Assembly (NCBI GenBank): GCA_040954595.2
Contig: CM082592.2
Location: 5,302,209 to 5,366,208 of the forward strand
DNA: 64,000 nucleotides
Direction: 5' to 3'
From: Balanoglossus misakiensis
Lineage: Eukaryota > Animalia > Hemichordata
In this document: in pieces, positions 43,401 through 57,641 of the stretch
How positions within the stretch are numbered: the stretch's first letter is position 1
How the letters are laid out: every line of letters starts with the position of its first letter
The notes under the pieces: model-generated
Seen by the model: the letters and a program-made list of their open reading frames with translations, nothing else
Told to the model about the DNA's origin: nothing
Database searches by the model: none
Translations under genes and position numbers: made by a program

Positions 43401-46387
43401 GTTGACTGGCAGTTTTCAAATCTGAGGGATGTTGACACTCAGCTGGGGGAAAAAACTCAAGTTACTACAAAATACAGGCACGAAACTCGGAGCCTATTAG
43501 TACACAGATGTTTCTGGATTAAAGAATTATCTGCCTCTTTTCAACATCATTAACGTTTCCGTCGTAGCTAATGGTTCAAAACTGATTTCCAATTCTCCTT
43601 TCGCTTTGCAGAGATACAAAGATTAGAGGATACTGTAAAACCACAGATGATAATCAAGGTTTGTGAAAACGATTAATCATATACAATTCTTTTGATGCAA
43701 ACTGACCTGGTACAGGCAGTTACTAGACTGTCACACAGAACTCGACCTGTCTCGAGACATATGATTTGAAAATATGATCATATTTTCAAATCATGAACAC
43801 TCACAACACATAGCAATTATTTTTCAAAAATTATGTCGAACAGAGGATGTTGAAAAACCATTTCATCACTATGATGAGAATTGTACAAATAAGTGTATTT
43901 GTGTTGGGGGGAGGGAGGCTGATATTGGGGTAAACATCAATCAGCTCCTTTCGATTTCCCCTCTTTGCCACATTTCTACTCTACTTGCAATTATGTTTGT
44001 CACACCATGTTTCATTATTCAGACGTACACTCAAGCTGACTGCAACTCTTTCTTTATACAATGTATTTCTGTCAAATTAATAGTGATGGATACGCTAAAC
44101 AGGGTGCATCTTGCCCGCATTGCAATCATAACCATTTGATTCTTAGAAAAGATGAGTGATTACTCCTTTGTGATGGCTTTGATGAACTCGTCTCAATCTG
44201 TGGCATTTGTTTCGAATATTAATCACGATTTCATGTTGGTCGCACAATGGCTGCCCGCTTTTATGCTGATGGATTAGTGACAGCGCAGTGGTTTGAATTC
44301 ACACGGCTCTGAACACCATTCTGTTTAGACATTGGATGGATTGGATGAGTTTCAGTAGGTTGCTACTTGGGGAAATAATTTCACAGAGACTGCAGTAAGC
44401 GCCACGGTGACAGATTTTCAGAAAAATTATAGTCCACCAAACCTTCCAATTCTTTGCAATATAAGTGTGTGGGGAGTCTTTTTGAAAGCAAAGAAGAAAC
44501 TTGATGTTCGCCATTTAACCCAGAGATTGGCGGCCATTTTGAATTTCAAATTTGAGATGATTTGAGATAATTTTGCTCTCTCATTCAAAATTTTGCACAA
44601 TGACCAACAATTTATTAATATTAAGAGATAAATCCTGAAGTTGCTGTGAGCTTTGATTTTAAAATTCAAGGCACACTCACACAGACCATGGTCACTCACC
44701 ACGCTGCAATCAAGAAAGCTTTTTCAAATATAGATTCGCTAATCACCAATAAATATACGGAACCCCAAGTGTTCCCTTGATACAAGTGCATAAACTTCTA
44801 AAAGTGTAAGCGCTATTTGAAAGAAAAATCTCTTTCCCTAATCGCAGCTCTTCAACTCCGGATCGGATGAATTTGGAGTGGTGAGGGAACAGACAGCGTG
44901 ACAGACAGAAATCCGGGATTTATTCCCAAATGGGAAGCAAACACCACCGGTTCTTGAGAAAAGGAGAATTTTTTCCTCAGGCAATGTAATAAAACTCTGC
45001 CTTCACCAATCTTGTCTTAAATCAAACTGCAATAAAAAAGCAAACTGTACCTATATAATGAGGCGGCGATATTTGTCCCATTTAATAGCTGAAATGTCCA
45101 CTGAGTTCTGGGAGGTTTTTCATATACTAATGCAGGACAGTGATTGATGAAGTAAATGTTGATAAGATTTCATATCATACACCTTATCTTTTGACAAAAT
45201 GTTAATTACGCTTGTGTGTGTGTGTGGAACGTGGCTGTGTGCAATTTATTTTGTAAGGATGTGTACTTGCCCCATTCCAGCTAATGACAACATCAAAAGC
45301 AAGAAACGAGTCCCAAAAACATAGCAGGCGATGGAGCAAATATTGCAAACTCCGCCATGTTTTTTTTTGCTTCGTCGTAAAACACAATTAAACAGATGTT
45401 GGGTCCCGTCACTAGTACCAAACTAGTAAAAAATGTAATAACGAACTGATTCTCGGATTTGCAAATCCAATTCAAGTACGTAATATTTCACTTGACAATA
45501 AATCTCCTCAAAATATTTTTGACATTTATCACAGCGTTATCGCTCGTTCGCACGGTACAAATTTAATGTGGTGAAACCTCGGTGCGCAAATCTGTGTGGA
45601 CAGCGGAGGATGATAAACTGTTCCTTTCAAATGATTAAATTTTCAGCGTCAGTGCGGTGTGGGTGATTCATTTCCATTGCAGGATATCCGGCAATCGCAC
45701 AAAAACTAAACAAATTAACCCGAAATTGCTCCCTTTTGAAGAGCGTTTTACTTCTAATGGTGACAGGTGCCTGTTCTGTTCTTGCGATCTCAAAACACCC
45801 CCACCGTGCAAATGTCACCAGGAAACGACGGGCAGAATTCACAGAACGGTTATTCCCCCCGTGACTGTGTTTTGCTATTGATGGCTCTATTCTGATGAAA
45901 AATTCAAGTTCTCCTCAGATCCAGAAAAGGAGAAGCCACTGTGAACATACAGTTGATTTTACAAAAAACGTAAAACGAGACTTGTGATTATAACCTTCCA
46001 AAACAATCAGCCAGACATCAGGTGTGCTTTGCCAGTTCACATCCAAAATTACCTTTTCTACACGAAGCATTATTTGTTTAATTTAACACTCGCTGTCCTT
46101 TTCCACCAATTACATTTTGATCGGATGATAACAACAGCCAAGACTCACCCTTGCTCCTCCATCAACTCCTGAAACTCGATGCACTTGAGCTCCACTTTGC
46201 GCTTGCGCTCGTGGGCCAGGATCTCCTGGTTGGGCTTCTTGTTCATGGCCAGGTCCAGCTTCTGCAGCTCCTCCTCCGTCTTGTAGTCCACCTTGTCCTT
46301 GTGCCGGCGCACGGCCGACAGATTGCGCTGCACGTAGCCGTTGGTGCCGCTGCCCCTGGCCGTTGTCAGGCCGATCCCGTTGTACAT
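22615..46387 (-). CDS. SRRM2: Srrm2/3/4 (cwf21 domain, RS-rich region, C-terminal eMIC domain), about 515 aa without microexons
   Basis: Exons 46387-46149 (MYNGIGLTTARGSGTNGYVQRNLS...HERKRKVELKC), 41682-41581, 33255-33103 (ETHQLAEANEKKNAKLRDAFGIS), 32521-32441, 29407-29342, 27259-27224, 26921-26868, 26570-26457, 26248-25988, 25723-25469 (RRDSPSHLEARRIT), 22801-22615 (SARKRPVPYHR...TGA). All introns are GT-AG and phase 2. Confidence 0.92.
23125..23517 (-). promoter_or_regulatory. Cluster of seven TGCATG (Rbfox-type) elements upstream of the eMIC exon
   Basis: Plus-strand CATGCA at 23125, 23282, 23326, 23385, 23410, 23482 and 23512. Confidence 0.65.
24306..24507. mobile_element. MITE with (C)AGGGCTTGAAAAA..ATTC inverted termini
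   Basis: agggcttgaaaaaaataattctctcat ... atgagcgaattttatttttcaagccctg. Confidence 0.6.
24686..24785 (-). CDS. Proximal alternative terminal exon of Srrm2/3/4 (non-eMIC isoform)
   Basis: Acceptor ttcctgtacaaag. In frame after ...RRIT it reads RSPVRRHHDYARRSRSPYYRERRRSRSPGYYHR-TAG, an RS-like sequence. Confidence 0.75.
28985..28993 (-). CDS. Candidate 9-nt in-frame microexon of Srrm2/3/4 (GGAAGCAAG)
   Basis: gttttgctttcttttccgtgccttcatttgtag|GGAAGCAAG|gtaaaa. Symmetric phase 2, with TGC motifs in the pyrimidine tract. Confidence 0.55.
30147..30410. repeat. Degenerate minisatellite of about 36/23-bp units (tcaagttYgctgatgaattcaaatattttcaaata)
   Basis: Repeated aattcaaata and tcaagtt motifs in an Srrm intron. 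Confidence 0.8.
32059..32088 (-). CDS. Candidate 30-nt in-frame small exon of Srrm2/3/4 (KKRKNGMIK)
   Basis: ctaatgctttttgctttgactatcgttttaccag|C AAA AAA CGG...AAG AG|gtaagg. Symmetric phase 2, with several upstream TGC. Confidence 0.6.
36096..36282. mobile_element. Non-autonomous DNA transposon with TTAA target duplication (Kolobok-like AGG termini)
   Basis: TTAA|AGGTATACAGTCACCT ... AGGTGACCGTATACCT|TTAA; 16-bp TIR with 1 mismatch. The superfamily assignment is an inference. Confidence 0.75.
37265..37454. repeat. (TCA)n microsatellite with interruptions
   Basis: Direct reading; intronic. Confidence 0.95.
41956..42049. mobile_element. piggyBac-like MITE copy
   Basis: TTAA|CCCTTTCACCCCCATTTCCCT...GAAAGGG|TGAA, homologous to 11488-11581. 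A more diverged copy lies at about 49260-49345. Confidence 0.65.
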
Positions 46388-49300
46388 TGTGTGTGTGGTG
46401 GTGGTGGGCTTAGCTCACGTTGACGAGTGACTTGGCTTGTGAACGAAACTCAATGTGTACGCGTCGTCTGTGTGTCTGGAATATAAAACAGTACAATTAG
46501 ATATTAATGTTTCTGGAGTCACTACATTGTCTGATGTACAGACTGCCTGTGTCAGTATTGTCAGATGGAGAAGACATGGTCTTTCCAAACTGCTTCTCCG
46601 AGATTACTCATCAGAATAAGACTGAGTTTGTTCGAAAAACCTTCATGTAAAATGCTGCTGTACTCAGTTCACCTTTACCTGACATTAATATTCATGAGCG
46701 CACTATAACACCGTCACCTCATTACGCTGCAGACAACTTTCGAATGCCTCTCTTTTTAACATCAATCATCAAGTTGTCTCTAAATCCCTGACAGAGATAC
46801 AACTTGAAATCAGAGATTCTTGATAACCTTTTCAAGTTTCAACACGGACAAAAGGTTTTGACAGCACGCACAGAACGACAAGATACCGAAAGTGACGTTT
46901 ACTGTGAAACAGTGTCAGGAGAATACGCCACTGGCTTCTGTTCCAGCGAAATTTTAATGACTGAAGCCTTCATAAGTGCTTCCTGGAAAGAAAAACGCAC
47001 AGACCGACATTCTCAACGAAAGCAGCGACCTGATGTGACTGCTGTGTACATGTATTTTCTTGTCGGTGAACTACGAACAAAAATCGCACATTTACAGTGA
47101 CGATCTTTGCCACGTTTTTCTGACTGGATCATCACATCTTCATGAAAAGTATCGAGCACAGCGCCATATGTTAATGACGCATCACGCAACCTTTCACGCA
47201 GCACCCATTAACGCGAAAAAGCACATTCATGATGCAGTACGTCCAAAGAACCATTTGTTTTTGAGGAGCCATACACACACAACCGCAATTACCATGACTA
47301 CCACCGCAATCGCAGTGTTTTCATTACGTTGAATCCAATAAAAGCGGTGCGTCACCTCGTGAATACAGAACGCAAGTCACATGACAGAACACCTGTCAAT
47401 CAAACCCCAATGCTTCATATCACATTTCGGAGGATATCACTTTGCATAATGCATGTACCCTAAACATTCCCTTAAACTGTTCATACAAAATTGAATAATT
47501 AATGAGGCAAGTATTAAATTTATAAATTGCTGAATTTGCTGGTGGCATTATGTTTCAACGGTAAAAGAGACCCTGTTTCATTGTACAAAGCTGAAAAAAA
47601 AACAAATAATGTACAGCTGGTTGGCAGGAAAAATAATTCATAACAGAAACTTTGTTATAATCAGGAAACTAGCCAAAATATTTAAAAACCCTATGGTAAT
47701 AATTGCTTCCAGCTTCATCAAAATCACATCAACTTTGAATTACTGCATTTGCAAACATATGCCATCAATCATGCAATATAATCAATACATGACATGTGGG
47801 ATTATCACATTCAATGTTTGTCATGGATATCGTCAACGCAAAAGACAAAAGATGAGTGGTGATATCCACGGAATTCTCCCAGATTAGAAGATTGCAACCT
47901 GACGGCACAGGAACAAACAGAAAGATTCATATCCTGAAATTCTGGATTTGCCAACACAATAAAACTCACACAAAAAGCACACCTGCCCTGAATTAATTTC
48001 TTTGTAAATAATAAATCGGGGTCAAACCAGAGGTCAAACTGAATATTGTATCCATGCACAGATCAGTGAGTAACACAATATGAGTGAGTACGCAAATCAA
48101 CGGGCAGCTGGGAAATAGAAATAATTCTATTCAAAATGCAGACCTTGCTCCTGCATTCCGTAAAACAGATAAGGTCGCCTTTTCACGAGGATCAGAATAT
48201 TGACAAGAACACAATGTTAATTCATAGTGTTACACCATTGGTGATGAATCATGAATGATGTCTGCTCAGAAATGATCACTCAAGATGCCAGTGATAAGGT
48301 GGAGCACATTTTGCCAAATGTTAATGGGACGCCGCCGACTGTCTGAGATTTTAGTAAAAAAAGTCACGTTTTTTAAATTAATCAATCGCAACCACAAAAT
48401 TCTGTTGCGATGGAACACGACTCGCACCAAAAATAAACATTGACTTTTCAACGAGCACAGTATTTAAAATCGCACACATGCACAGCAGAAAAAAACCCAC
48501 TTCACTTTCACTGAAAACGCTGATGGCGTCAGGGTTCAAACAAACGCTAACCATCTAGATGAGAACGCACAGCCCATTACCGCTACCTCTGACATTTCAG
48601 GGAAAAATCAAAACGGTGATCTAAATGCCTGCCATCAGGCAAGTTGACAGGCAGGGCAGTCGGAATTTCAGCGATAATTTCTTTTTTAGATGGACGAGAT
48701 GGGGAGAAGACGAGACTCAGCCACCATCTGCAATGGCAGCACTTTGTCGCGTTTGACGTCAAAGGGGGGAACATTAAAAATTATCACCGGGCAAGCAGTG
48801 CACCAATTACGCATACCTTTCCTGTTCTGTTGAATTCTTTTTTTCAGATACACGTCCCTTTTCCAATTAACATCAAATCAACGGCAATAAATCAATTACC
48901 TGGCTGAATTCTAGACTGCAGAATTTGACTTTTGAACCGACTGAGCAGCATAGCATGCATAATCATTCACTCCTTCTACTTCATCAAACATTATCTTGCA
49001 AGACTGCTTTGCAATATAAATTTTATGGAACCTCTCTGATGTCTGCCCTGTTGTAAGCTTGGCAACTCCTGACCCAAATTGACAACATTCCTGGATAAAT
49101 AATTACATGGATACAGTAAATACTGATTACTGACTAATCTTTTATTATTTATATGACATGCTAGAATTTTACTACTAATACTAGTGCCCACACAACACTT
49201 GCTGAGGTACATACATGTATTCACGTTTGATTTTCAGACAGCGGTTTGGAATCGGCTGCTTAACCCTCCTCACCCCAATTTCTTCGTACAATCAGCAGTG

Positions 49301-52300
49301 AATGGTAAATGATGCGAGTTGAGTGGCATCAGTGCATTAGGTTAATGAAGGCCAGTTTTATACTGGGACGGGGACTCAAACAGATAAATACTTCAAGTAA
49401 CAAGGCTGTATGATAACAAACTAAGAGGACGGATTATTATGGTATAGGGATTGGATTCCCTGCAGTGTATATATATATCTAGAGAAATCTGTCAACCAGG
49501 CACTTCTATAACATGTACTTTTGTTGTATCTCTGTCTTCCCAACCAATACCATACACAGATCTACATGTGTACATTTGTACAGCACATTCTACAAATGTA
49601 CCATAGGTCAGAATGAGTCACATGACAAGAAAATAGACAAGTAGCAGATACTGTATCAAGAGATAATGTATCCAATATCCAAAGTAATTCCATCTGATTC
49701 CTGTTTTTGTAAGGCTGCTGTACTTTGTGTTTCAGCAGCAGATCAATATCAAACCCTGAGTGAAAAGGCCATCATTGATGCTGTATTTATTGATCCCCAC
49801 AAATCCATCTACACATTCCCAATCTTCTTCTGTTAATGGCACACTTGTTTACAGACATTTTTTTATAATCTCTGAAAGTTTTATTTTAAACATGTCAGAA
49901 ATCTGCCATCTTGGAGTTCTGCTATTAATCACTAGCTTAGGTAGCAAAACTTTATTTAAGGTAGTGAGAATTCACTGCCATCAAATCATCACACTGTTCT
50001 CATCTTCTTAATTAAGTTACAGTAAAGACATGGTATAGTATTTACTATACAATTTCACACAAGTAGAATAGTTGATTAAATTTAAAATGAATTTGCACAA
50101 CAAGCAGTTCAAATCTATCTCATTTAAAATTGACAGCTGGTACAGGTAAGGTTATTTATTAATGGCCAAAATATGCAAATACGTCCTGCAGCTGTGCCAA
50201 AAGCATTCATAAATTATTTCAATAATAAAATTTTATACCAAAATACTGACAACACTACTGACCTGTGAGAACATGACTGAAATGGCTACATGTACTTTAT
50301 GACAGCTAACATTACAATGCATAATCACCATAAATGAAATGTGACATAAACATGATAAATGAAAATCTCCTTTTACAATTAATTTCAGATAAACAGATAA
50401 TACATGTATGTCATACCATCTGCAAGACAGTACGACTATATTATTCAGATCAATTTCAGCTATGTTTTTATTAACATAATACATATGTTATTGAAACTAA
50501 AAGGCAAACAAAAGTACCAGTAAAAGTTTTACTTGCCTTTATAATGTCAATTTTTAAGAGTTTTATGTCATAAGACATATTACGCAAATGTAAACATTTA
50601 TGCAAAGTACCAGCAAAACTTAGGTCTTTTTGTCATAGTGACTGCTGAAGGTACTTTATCTTCGTAGAGATAAAAAAAGTTAATTAATTAAGGAATGAAT
50701 ATATGAAGTACTAGTATAGTATGCACTGGGTCTTTTATCTTTATTTTATCATAAACCTTGACTCATGTCCCTGCATAATAATACTGTACATATGGGATTA
50801 ATGTTTTCCCAACATATCAGTATGAGCAGCAGTAATGAGTTCAGTTTCACCAAACAACACACATTCTTTACAGTCAATTATACAAACGAACAATTTCTCA
50901 GAATAAAAAAAAGATATCTGGGATCCTTTACATCTTCAGAGCATTTTACACAACCCTGGAAATTAAAGTCATAACTTATTCATAAACTAAGATCATCTCG
51001 TTGTTTTCCATTCCACTATTATTAATTGGTTCTTTCTCATTACACATCCGGCTTTTCAATTTCTGTGGAAAACAAACCCACCATTACCATAAACACTACA
51101 AAACAATTTAGCAATCAAAAAAAGCTCTCCTGGCATTAATGAAATTTGTGAAGTTAATTACTTTGAGTAGGGAAAGCAATTGAAAGCAGCTTAAAAAAAC
51201 GGGGCCAACCGCTACTATTAGTACTACATTATGAATGCACTATTCAGTGTCTAGTACGCCAAGTAAAGTACATTTCTGCAACTAAGACATTGATGATTCA
51301 ATATTCCACACGTTACTCGTGACAAACGAACAAAACGGAACATTTCACTGTTCACATAACCATTAGTGGCTAAAGAACGGTTCCATAGACGCACATACAC
51401 CATGGAAACCATCACTTATCCATCCATTTGTAATTTTTCATTTATAAGAAAAGCTTTCAGCAAAATACCGCTGCGAGGCATAATCACATAGATTTCAATA
51501 AAAGATCATTTCAACTGACACAGCGCTTTTGAACATTAAAATTCTGTATACAGCGATTCATTTTCACAATAGGTAAGCCAAAGTCATATTAGTATGGACA
51601 ATTTAGTATATAAATGTATTTTTCAATTCTGTTCATTCGCTTTCATTACTGCAGCTATTATGGAATATATTAATTTCAGTAAATTATTTTTAAAAAACAA
51701 CAACCACCAGTCTGGTGAAAGCAGAATCAAGTTCAATGGAGTAAGAAATTGCGAACTGCTCTATTTTCTTCGATCACGTCCATTGATGTGCGAATTATGA
51801 TTCCAGAACTGATCATTTCATGTAGAACTTCGGTGATATGAATAATAAATACACTACTGTCAATTGCATGTTTTATGCATGCCCACAGACGTCTGACAGC
51901 AGTTTGAATAATTGCAATATCTAATGCAGACAGTGATACTTTGCAGTTATACATTTAAAGAAGTGTTTTGTTAAGGGGTAGTAATCCAGCAAAACTGATC
52001 TTGGTCATTCTACTGGGGTTCTGCATGGTCTGGTCTAGAATCCAGACTCATTTTTTTATCGCTATAGCGAAAAAACACGAGTCTCTGGAATCTAGACTAC
52101 GCATGGTCTATCAATGCAGCTGTAATATTAGGGGATATGAAATTAACTTTTGTTAACATAAATAACCATAAATGTTTCCCATTTGAAATTCAAAATTGCA
52201 GAACTCAATTTAAATTGTGTAAATTCCATTATTAATTAAATTAGAACACAAAATGTATAAATTATCAACACTTAGCTATTGTGTGAATTGCCTGTAGTTT

Positions 52301-53234
52301 TTTACATTGTCTACGAAGAAATTGAGCATGTGCCTTGTAACTATGCGAAATAATCATATATTAACTACTTCTCTGGTCTAAACTGAATATCATCACATAA
52401 GAGTCCAAAAAGACAGCTGACTTTTCCCAGTGAACCTGGACAAAAGAATAGCTAATCAAATTGATTTGGTTCACGTTTTAGTAAAAAGCATTTGTCTATT
52501 GTTGATATTGAGTCCATAGGGGCACCAGTCGGGATTCCCACATGGACTAATCCTAAAGAGGTAAACTCTGAACTTGTGTAGCAATTGTAAGAACGAAACA
52601 ACAGAAAAGTTTATAAGTTTTCATTGAGGAATGATGCGCTCAAATCAGCTGTACTTCCTAACAATATTTACAAACAACTACGCCATGACGCATTGCTTCA
52701 ATACCACAGGCCAACTTGCTACACGTCTGCATACACGTCTGCAGAAACCCTGTTCAGTTACTGACCGTTGGAAGGATGAATTATTAATGTGGCTTAGGGA
52801 AAACAAATGTGTGGGGCTATAGTCAACTTTTGCGAAATCAATATCGCAGCCTTTATGTGGCTTCGTCACAGATGTTTTAGCTCAGTCCAACACTTTCACA
52901 GTGTGAAATGGTACAAATTGTTTCAGATATAGCAACAGTATGAAGAAATTCCACCTAATTAGGGGATCCAACATACCTTCCACGGAAAAAAACAATCAAT
53001 TATCGCACGATAATAATTCAAACGATGTATGATCGTGCAAACAAACCACATCAAATATCAAAATACGGTAAAAAGCCACAATCAATATCATCATCATCAC
53101 GATCACGTAAAAGTGACCTCCGTGTATCTGATGGGTAACACGCGGAACTTTCGTCATTATTTCCCCTGAATCGATACTATACCTTCTGGCATTCACGTAA
53201 TACACGTTCATAGATACATATATAACATTTTTAC

Positions 53235-53380
53235 CTGTTTCCGACGTAAAACTATGTATATCAGTGGCCGACAACTACCATCTTCGCTCTCCAACGTGTA
53301 ATGGACGAATATCGAAGTATGACGACACTGACATGCGCAGTGCAGTTATGTGAGAAAACGCACACCAAACAAACAATTCA
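53235..53380. promoter_or_regulatory. Probable bidirectional promoter of Srrm2/3/4 (non-coding first exon) and THOC6
   Basis: Minus-strand donor CAG|GTAAAA at 53235/53234. The Srrm ATG exon has an upstream acceptor at 46476, so an upstream exon is needed. NRF1-like CATGCGCA lies near 53332 and YY1-like GATGGCCGCC at the THOC6 start. Confidence 0.55.
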
Positions 53381-56300
53381 ATGATGGCCGCCAATTTCGA
53401 GGTGAGGAAGTCAATATTTTGATATTTTAGTGTTGCGCATACATTGGAGATCCTATGATCGGCACGATAGTACTGAGGTGTAATGAATATACCTGGGATT
53501 ACATCGGCATGAAGACATCATGGTACCTTCAGCCAGTGTGACGTTATGACACCATGATCGATAGTCACCCACGTGTGTACCTAGTGGTGTCCCATTCCCA
53601 CTGCTGGGCCAGTCCTACCACATGTAAACACAGTGCACTGAGTAGTACTGAGGTGGTACACGGGCGTGAACCGGCACTCGTGGTAGACCATTTCCATGGG
53701 AAAGAAGGGTATTCTGTAGCTGTACCACGATCCCACACTTCCAAGATAACATATCTGGTTCTGTACTTGCTCTTGCTACAGTGTCGACGAATAGATCACA
53801 TTTGTATGTGTGAGGCTATGGGATAGGTCAGCATTCGTGCACGTACCAAAAACCTAACGAATATGCCTCATGTATGTCACTTTTACATGTAAGAATTCTG
53901 ATCAAATGGGAGCAAAGTGTCCTTGACACTATATTGCCTTGTCTCTGTTCTTATAAAGGGTAATCTTTAAACTTGTGAAATATGTATTGTTTACCTAGAC
54001 AGAAATGTTAAGACAGCGACAACAGCTTCACATGACTGTATTCTGTCAGTGTTTTTCGCCATGTGGAAAATATCTTGTTGAGGCAAACAGTTTTGGAAAA
54101 ATTGCCGTTTTCAGGTGAGTAGATGCAAAAACAGTGTGTTTGTTTGATGAGATGTCTTTCTAATGTATATTATATAAATCATTTGCTGAGCTGACAATCA
54201 CATAACTTAACTTTTAACTGTCAAAATATTTTTTTCTGAATTATAGCTTAGTGTCAGCTTTGTCACCTGATGTATTGGAAGACAGCAGAAAACCTCTCCT
54301 GACTTTTGATGGTAAATGTGTTTATAATTCATTTTCACATGTTGGACAGAACTGGAAAAGATATTCAGTATAGACAGGCTTCCAGATCAGACAGGGTTTG
54401 TGTTAGGCAGGTGCAGTCACAGTCAAACTCAGTTAACCTCAGGCACCCTGACCCTCTTATGACCCATGATATCATTCAGATGTTTGCTTTGGATCTGGGT
54501 TCAAATGGTTTATGTTGACTACATTAATTATGTGACTGAACATTTTCATTCTGAGCACTTAGCACAAGAATCAGTCCATCAGAATTTCGTTAACTTAAAT
54601 GATATTAAATTGGCTTCAGGTAATTTTTCATTGTTAATCTCCCAATCAATTTCACCATAAATATACAGATGTATAGATGTATTGCGCCTCATCAATCTTC
54701 GTTTGTAAATTGGAATAGTTATCGTATTAATCTCTCACGCAAAGTGGATATTAGCAGTACCTGATTGAACATCATCATGTACAAGTTTAATGATTTGAAG
54801 TATTTTTCTTTTCCAGGAAGTAGTGGTGCTATTTATGCTCTCATAGCAACTGAAAAATTTCTCATCTGGTATGTATTTCAAGATTGTAATTTATCAGTGA
54901 ATGTGCAATTCAAGTTCATTGTTAGAGTTTTACAACCCTGATCAGTGATTAGGTATAATGTTTCTTTATCTCATTGAAATGTTCATTCTTTTATAGCGGG
55001 GGAGAAGGCAATATCAGAGCATGGAATTGGTCAGATATCTTTAAAAAGGTAAGTGTAATGCTGTCGAATTTCCAGAGGCACGGTTCTGTCCATACAGTAT
55101 GGGGTTTTGATTTCCTGGTTTCAGTGTTTCTAGACATGCCAAGAATACAAAATGAATCCAAATTCAAAATTTACAATTTAATGCCGGAATGAATATTTGG
55201 CAATGATCCAAGAAATGTAATATAACAACAGATATTGATTGAGCAGGGGTCACACTGGAAATTTAAATGAAGTTAAATGACGTAATATTTATTGTACGTC
55301 ATGTGTTCATTTGACAGACTCCAAAAGTTGTGTGGTCGCTGGACAATTCATCCAATGTTGACTTTGACCAACCAGAGACCAACTCTCTCTGCTACAGTGA
55401 AAAGGTACTTGATTAACAATTGTATTGATGTTACTATGTGTATTGTGTTTAGTGCTCATTTTCACCCAATAATAATGTAGTTCTGTTATACAATGTTGGC
55501 AAATGGTGTAAAAATCTACAAAAAATATAACAGTTGCACTATCTTTTACAGGACAATGTTCTTTATTCAGCCAGTGGTGACAATAGTGTATATGTGTGGG
55601 ATTTAGAAACAGGCACGTGCAAGGTAGGAAGGTTTTCTATAAACTTTATGCAACTTGAGTCCTGGGTGCAGAGGATGGGGAATGTTGCTTAATTGTTAAA
55701 CTTTGATGTTTTCAGTATCTATAGTGCAGTAGTCATACTTGTAGTTGTACTCAGTAAGCATCAATAAGCTTGAATGCCAACATGAGGGTAGATGCCATAA
55801 AAATGGTTTCTTTATTTTTCCCCCAGGACAAATTACGAGGTCACACAGACTACGTCCACTGTTTAACATTCAGAAATAACTGCCAAGAGGTCATATCGGG
55901 GTCAGAAGACGGCTCAGTCAGAGTCTGGGGTAATTATACCGTTTTTGCTCAGAAATAGTGCAAGTGAAATCAATGGGATCATGTTCAAAGCGCAGTGGTG
56001 ATCAGTGGTCACCATAGTGATTTTAGGGACAACTAAAGTATGTGTATAACTTAGCCATTCACGTCAATCTACAGAGGCAAAAGGAACAGACAGATGTGAA
56101 CAAAATGTCGCTGCCTGACTAGTCAGAAATTACCAGCTGATTCTGATGTGTTTCCTTGATCTTATTTCAGACACAAGAAGACCCAGAGAAGCTGTTCATG
56201 TCCTTGAACCTTACAAAAGTGAGGTAAGCAGATGATTATACAACACCGGATTTTTTGCCATCAGATTCCTGAGTGATAGCTGGTCATATTTATTGTTGTT

Positions 56301-57385
56301 TTTTTAACCAAAATAATCACAGATTGAACGCCTTTATTCAAAGAGTGTACCAGCACCTGAATGTTTAATTGCTTTGTTTTGTTTTTGCTTTTTCTAATAC
56401 AGGAATGTTGTCGTCCTAATCTTGGCAAGTGGATTGGATGTGTTGCTGTGGATAACTCAGATGATTGGCTGGTATGGATTAATTTCACAACAGAATTTCC
56501 TATACTATGGCAAATTTTTGAAGAAAAAAACACACCACTCAAATAACTTGTTATTTATTTATCCAGTAAGTTGCTAAATCTCCAATAAGGTACATATCGA
56601 CTTCTCCTAGTTACACCCACAAATTATTTTCGTTTCTCCGTGCAGGTATGTGGAGGTGGTCCATCACTCACATCATGGCACATGAGGTCCTTGTCGCCAA
56701 CTGTGGTCTTTCCAACACCGAATATCTGCCACCAGACTGTCCTCTTCCATGAAGACATGGTAAGGATAGCGTCTTCTCTCTCTATTCTTGTCATACCGGA
56801 ATATTAATAGTCATTAGTATTGTTGATGTGGTTCTTGTTGTTGTTGTTAACAATCCAGTGCAGTGTTAATACTAGTTCAGCTGGTTCACAAACCAAGTGG
56901 TAGGAATTTCATCAATGATGTTTTTGGACAAGAAAGTATAGTTGATGCATGCAACTACTCTATGTACTACTTTAACATGCATGGCTAGTTCTAATGAATG
57001 GTAAACCCCTGTAATATGGACTGAGGTTATGCATTTGTGACACTGTTGATATTTTTTTTCACAGATCATATCAGGAGGAACAAGCTCCAATATTTACCAC
57101 TGGAATATCAACGGCGACATGAGATCCCGCATTCCCTGCACACAGTCCTGTATTTATGACATTGCAATCAACAGTGGCTCGGAAAATTATAAAGTGAGTG
57201 ACGTGAAATCTGTGTGCTGCTGTTATGTGATGAAAGTGAAATTGTATACAAGGTTAAAAGATCTTCGTTAATGCTGGATAATTGTTTTCTCTCTCTTTCA
57301 GGTGCTTGCCGCATGTGGCAGCAGTTACAAAGTTGATATCTTCACGAACTTTGGATACAGGGCGTTCTCACTTCTCTTCACCTGA
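53381..57385 (+). CDS. THOC6: THO complex subunit 6 (WD40), about 338 aa
   Basis: 13 exons in frame: 53381-53401, 53999-54114, 54247-54311, 54817-54868, 54997-55048, 55318-55404, 55552-55623, 55827-55929, 56171-56223, 56403-56471, 56646-56759, 57065-57193, 57302-57385. Motifs [69 protein letters not shown]. Confidence 0.95.
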
Positions 57386-57635
57386 TAGATTTCAGCACAG
57401 AGGTGAACACTGCCCCCTGTGCTGTGCGTTTTACACGGACAATTCTGAGTCTTTTTTATCTGCCATTTTGGCCTGAAGCTTATGATGTGCCTGATCATGT
57501 GTTTGTTTGACATTTATTTTTGGGACAACCCCCACCCCAACCATTCCCAGTTCTTTGGTCTCAAAACCACTGTCCTTTTTTTCATGAAATATTTGCATTT
57601 CCTTTTGTTTTCATTGTAAATTGAAACTAGTCTAC

Positions 57636-57641
57636 AATAAA
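57636..57641 (+). terminator. Probable THOC6 polyadenylation signal AATAAA
   Basis: 250 nt after the stop codon, followed by GT/T-rich sequence. Confidence 0.55.

Noticed and set aside
33256-46148. Nested genes, snoRNAs or transposase ORFs in the two large Srrm introns
   Set aside because: Only short ORFs without recognisable domains and no convincing box C/D, H/ACA or tRNA structure by eye; an Infernal/Rfam scan would be needed to exclude them.
56646-56651. AG|GTATGT recursive-splice-like site at a THOC6 exon start
   Set aside because: Explained by the conserved Val-Cys codons of the DWLVCGGGP motif, and the intron is short.
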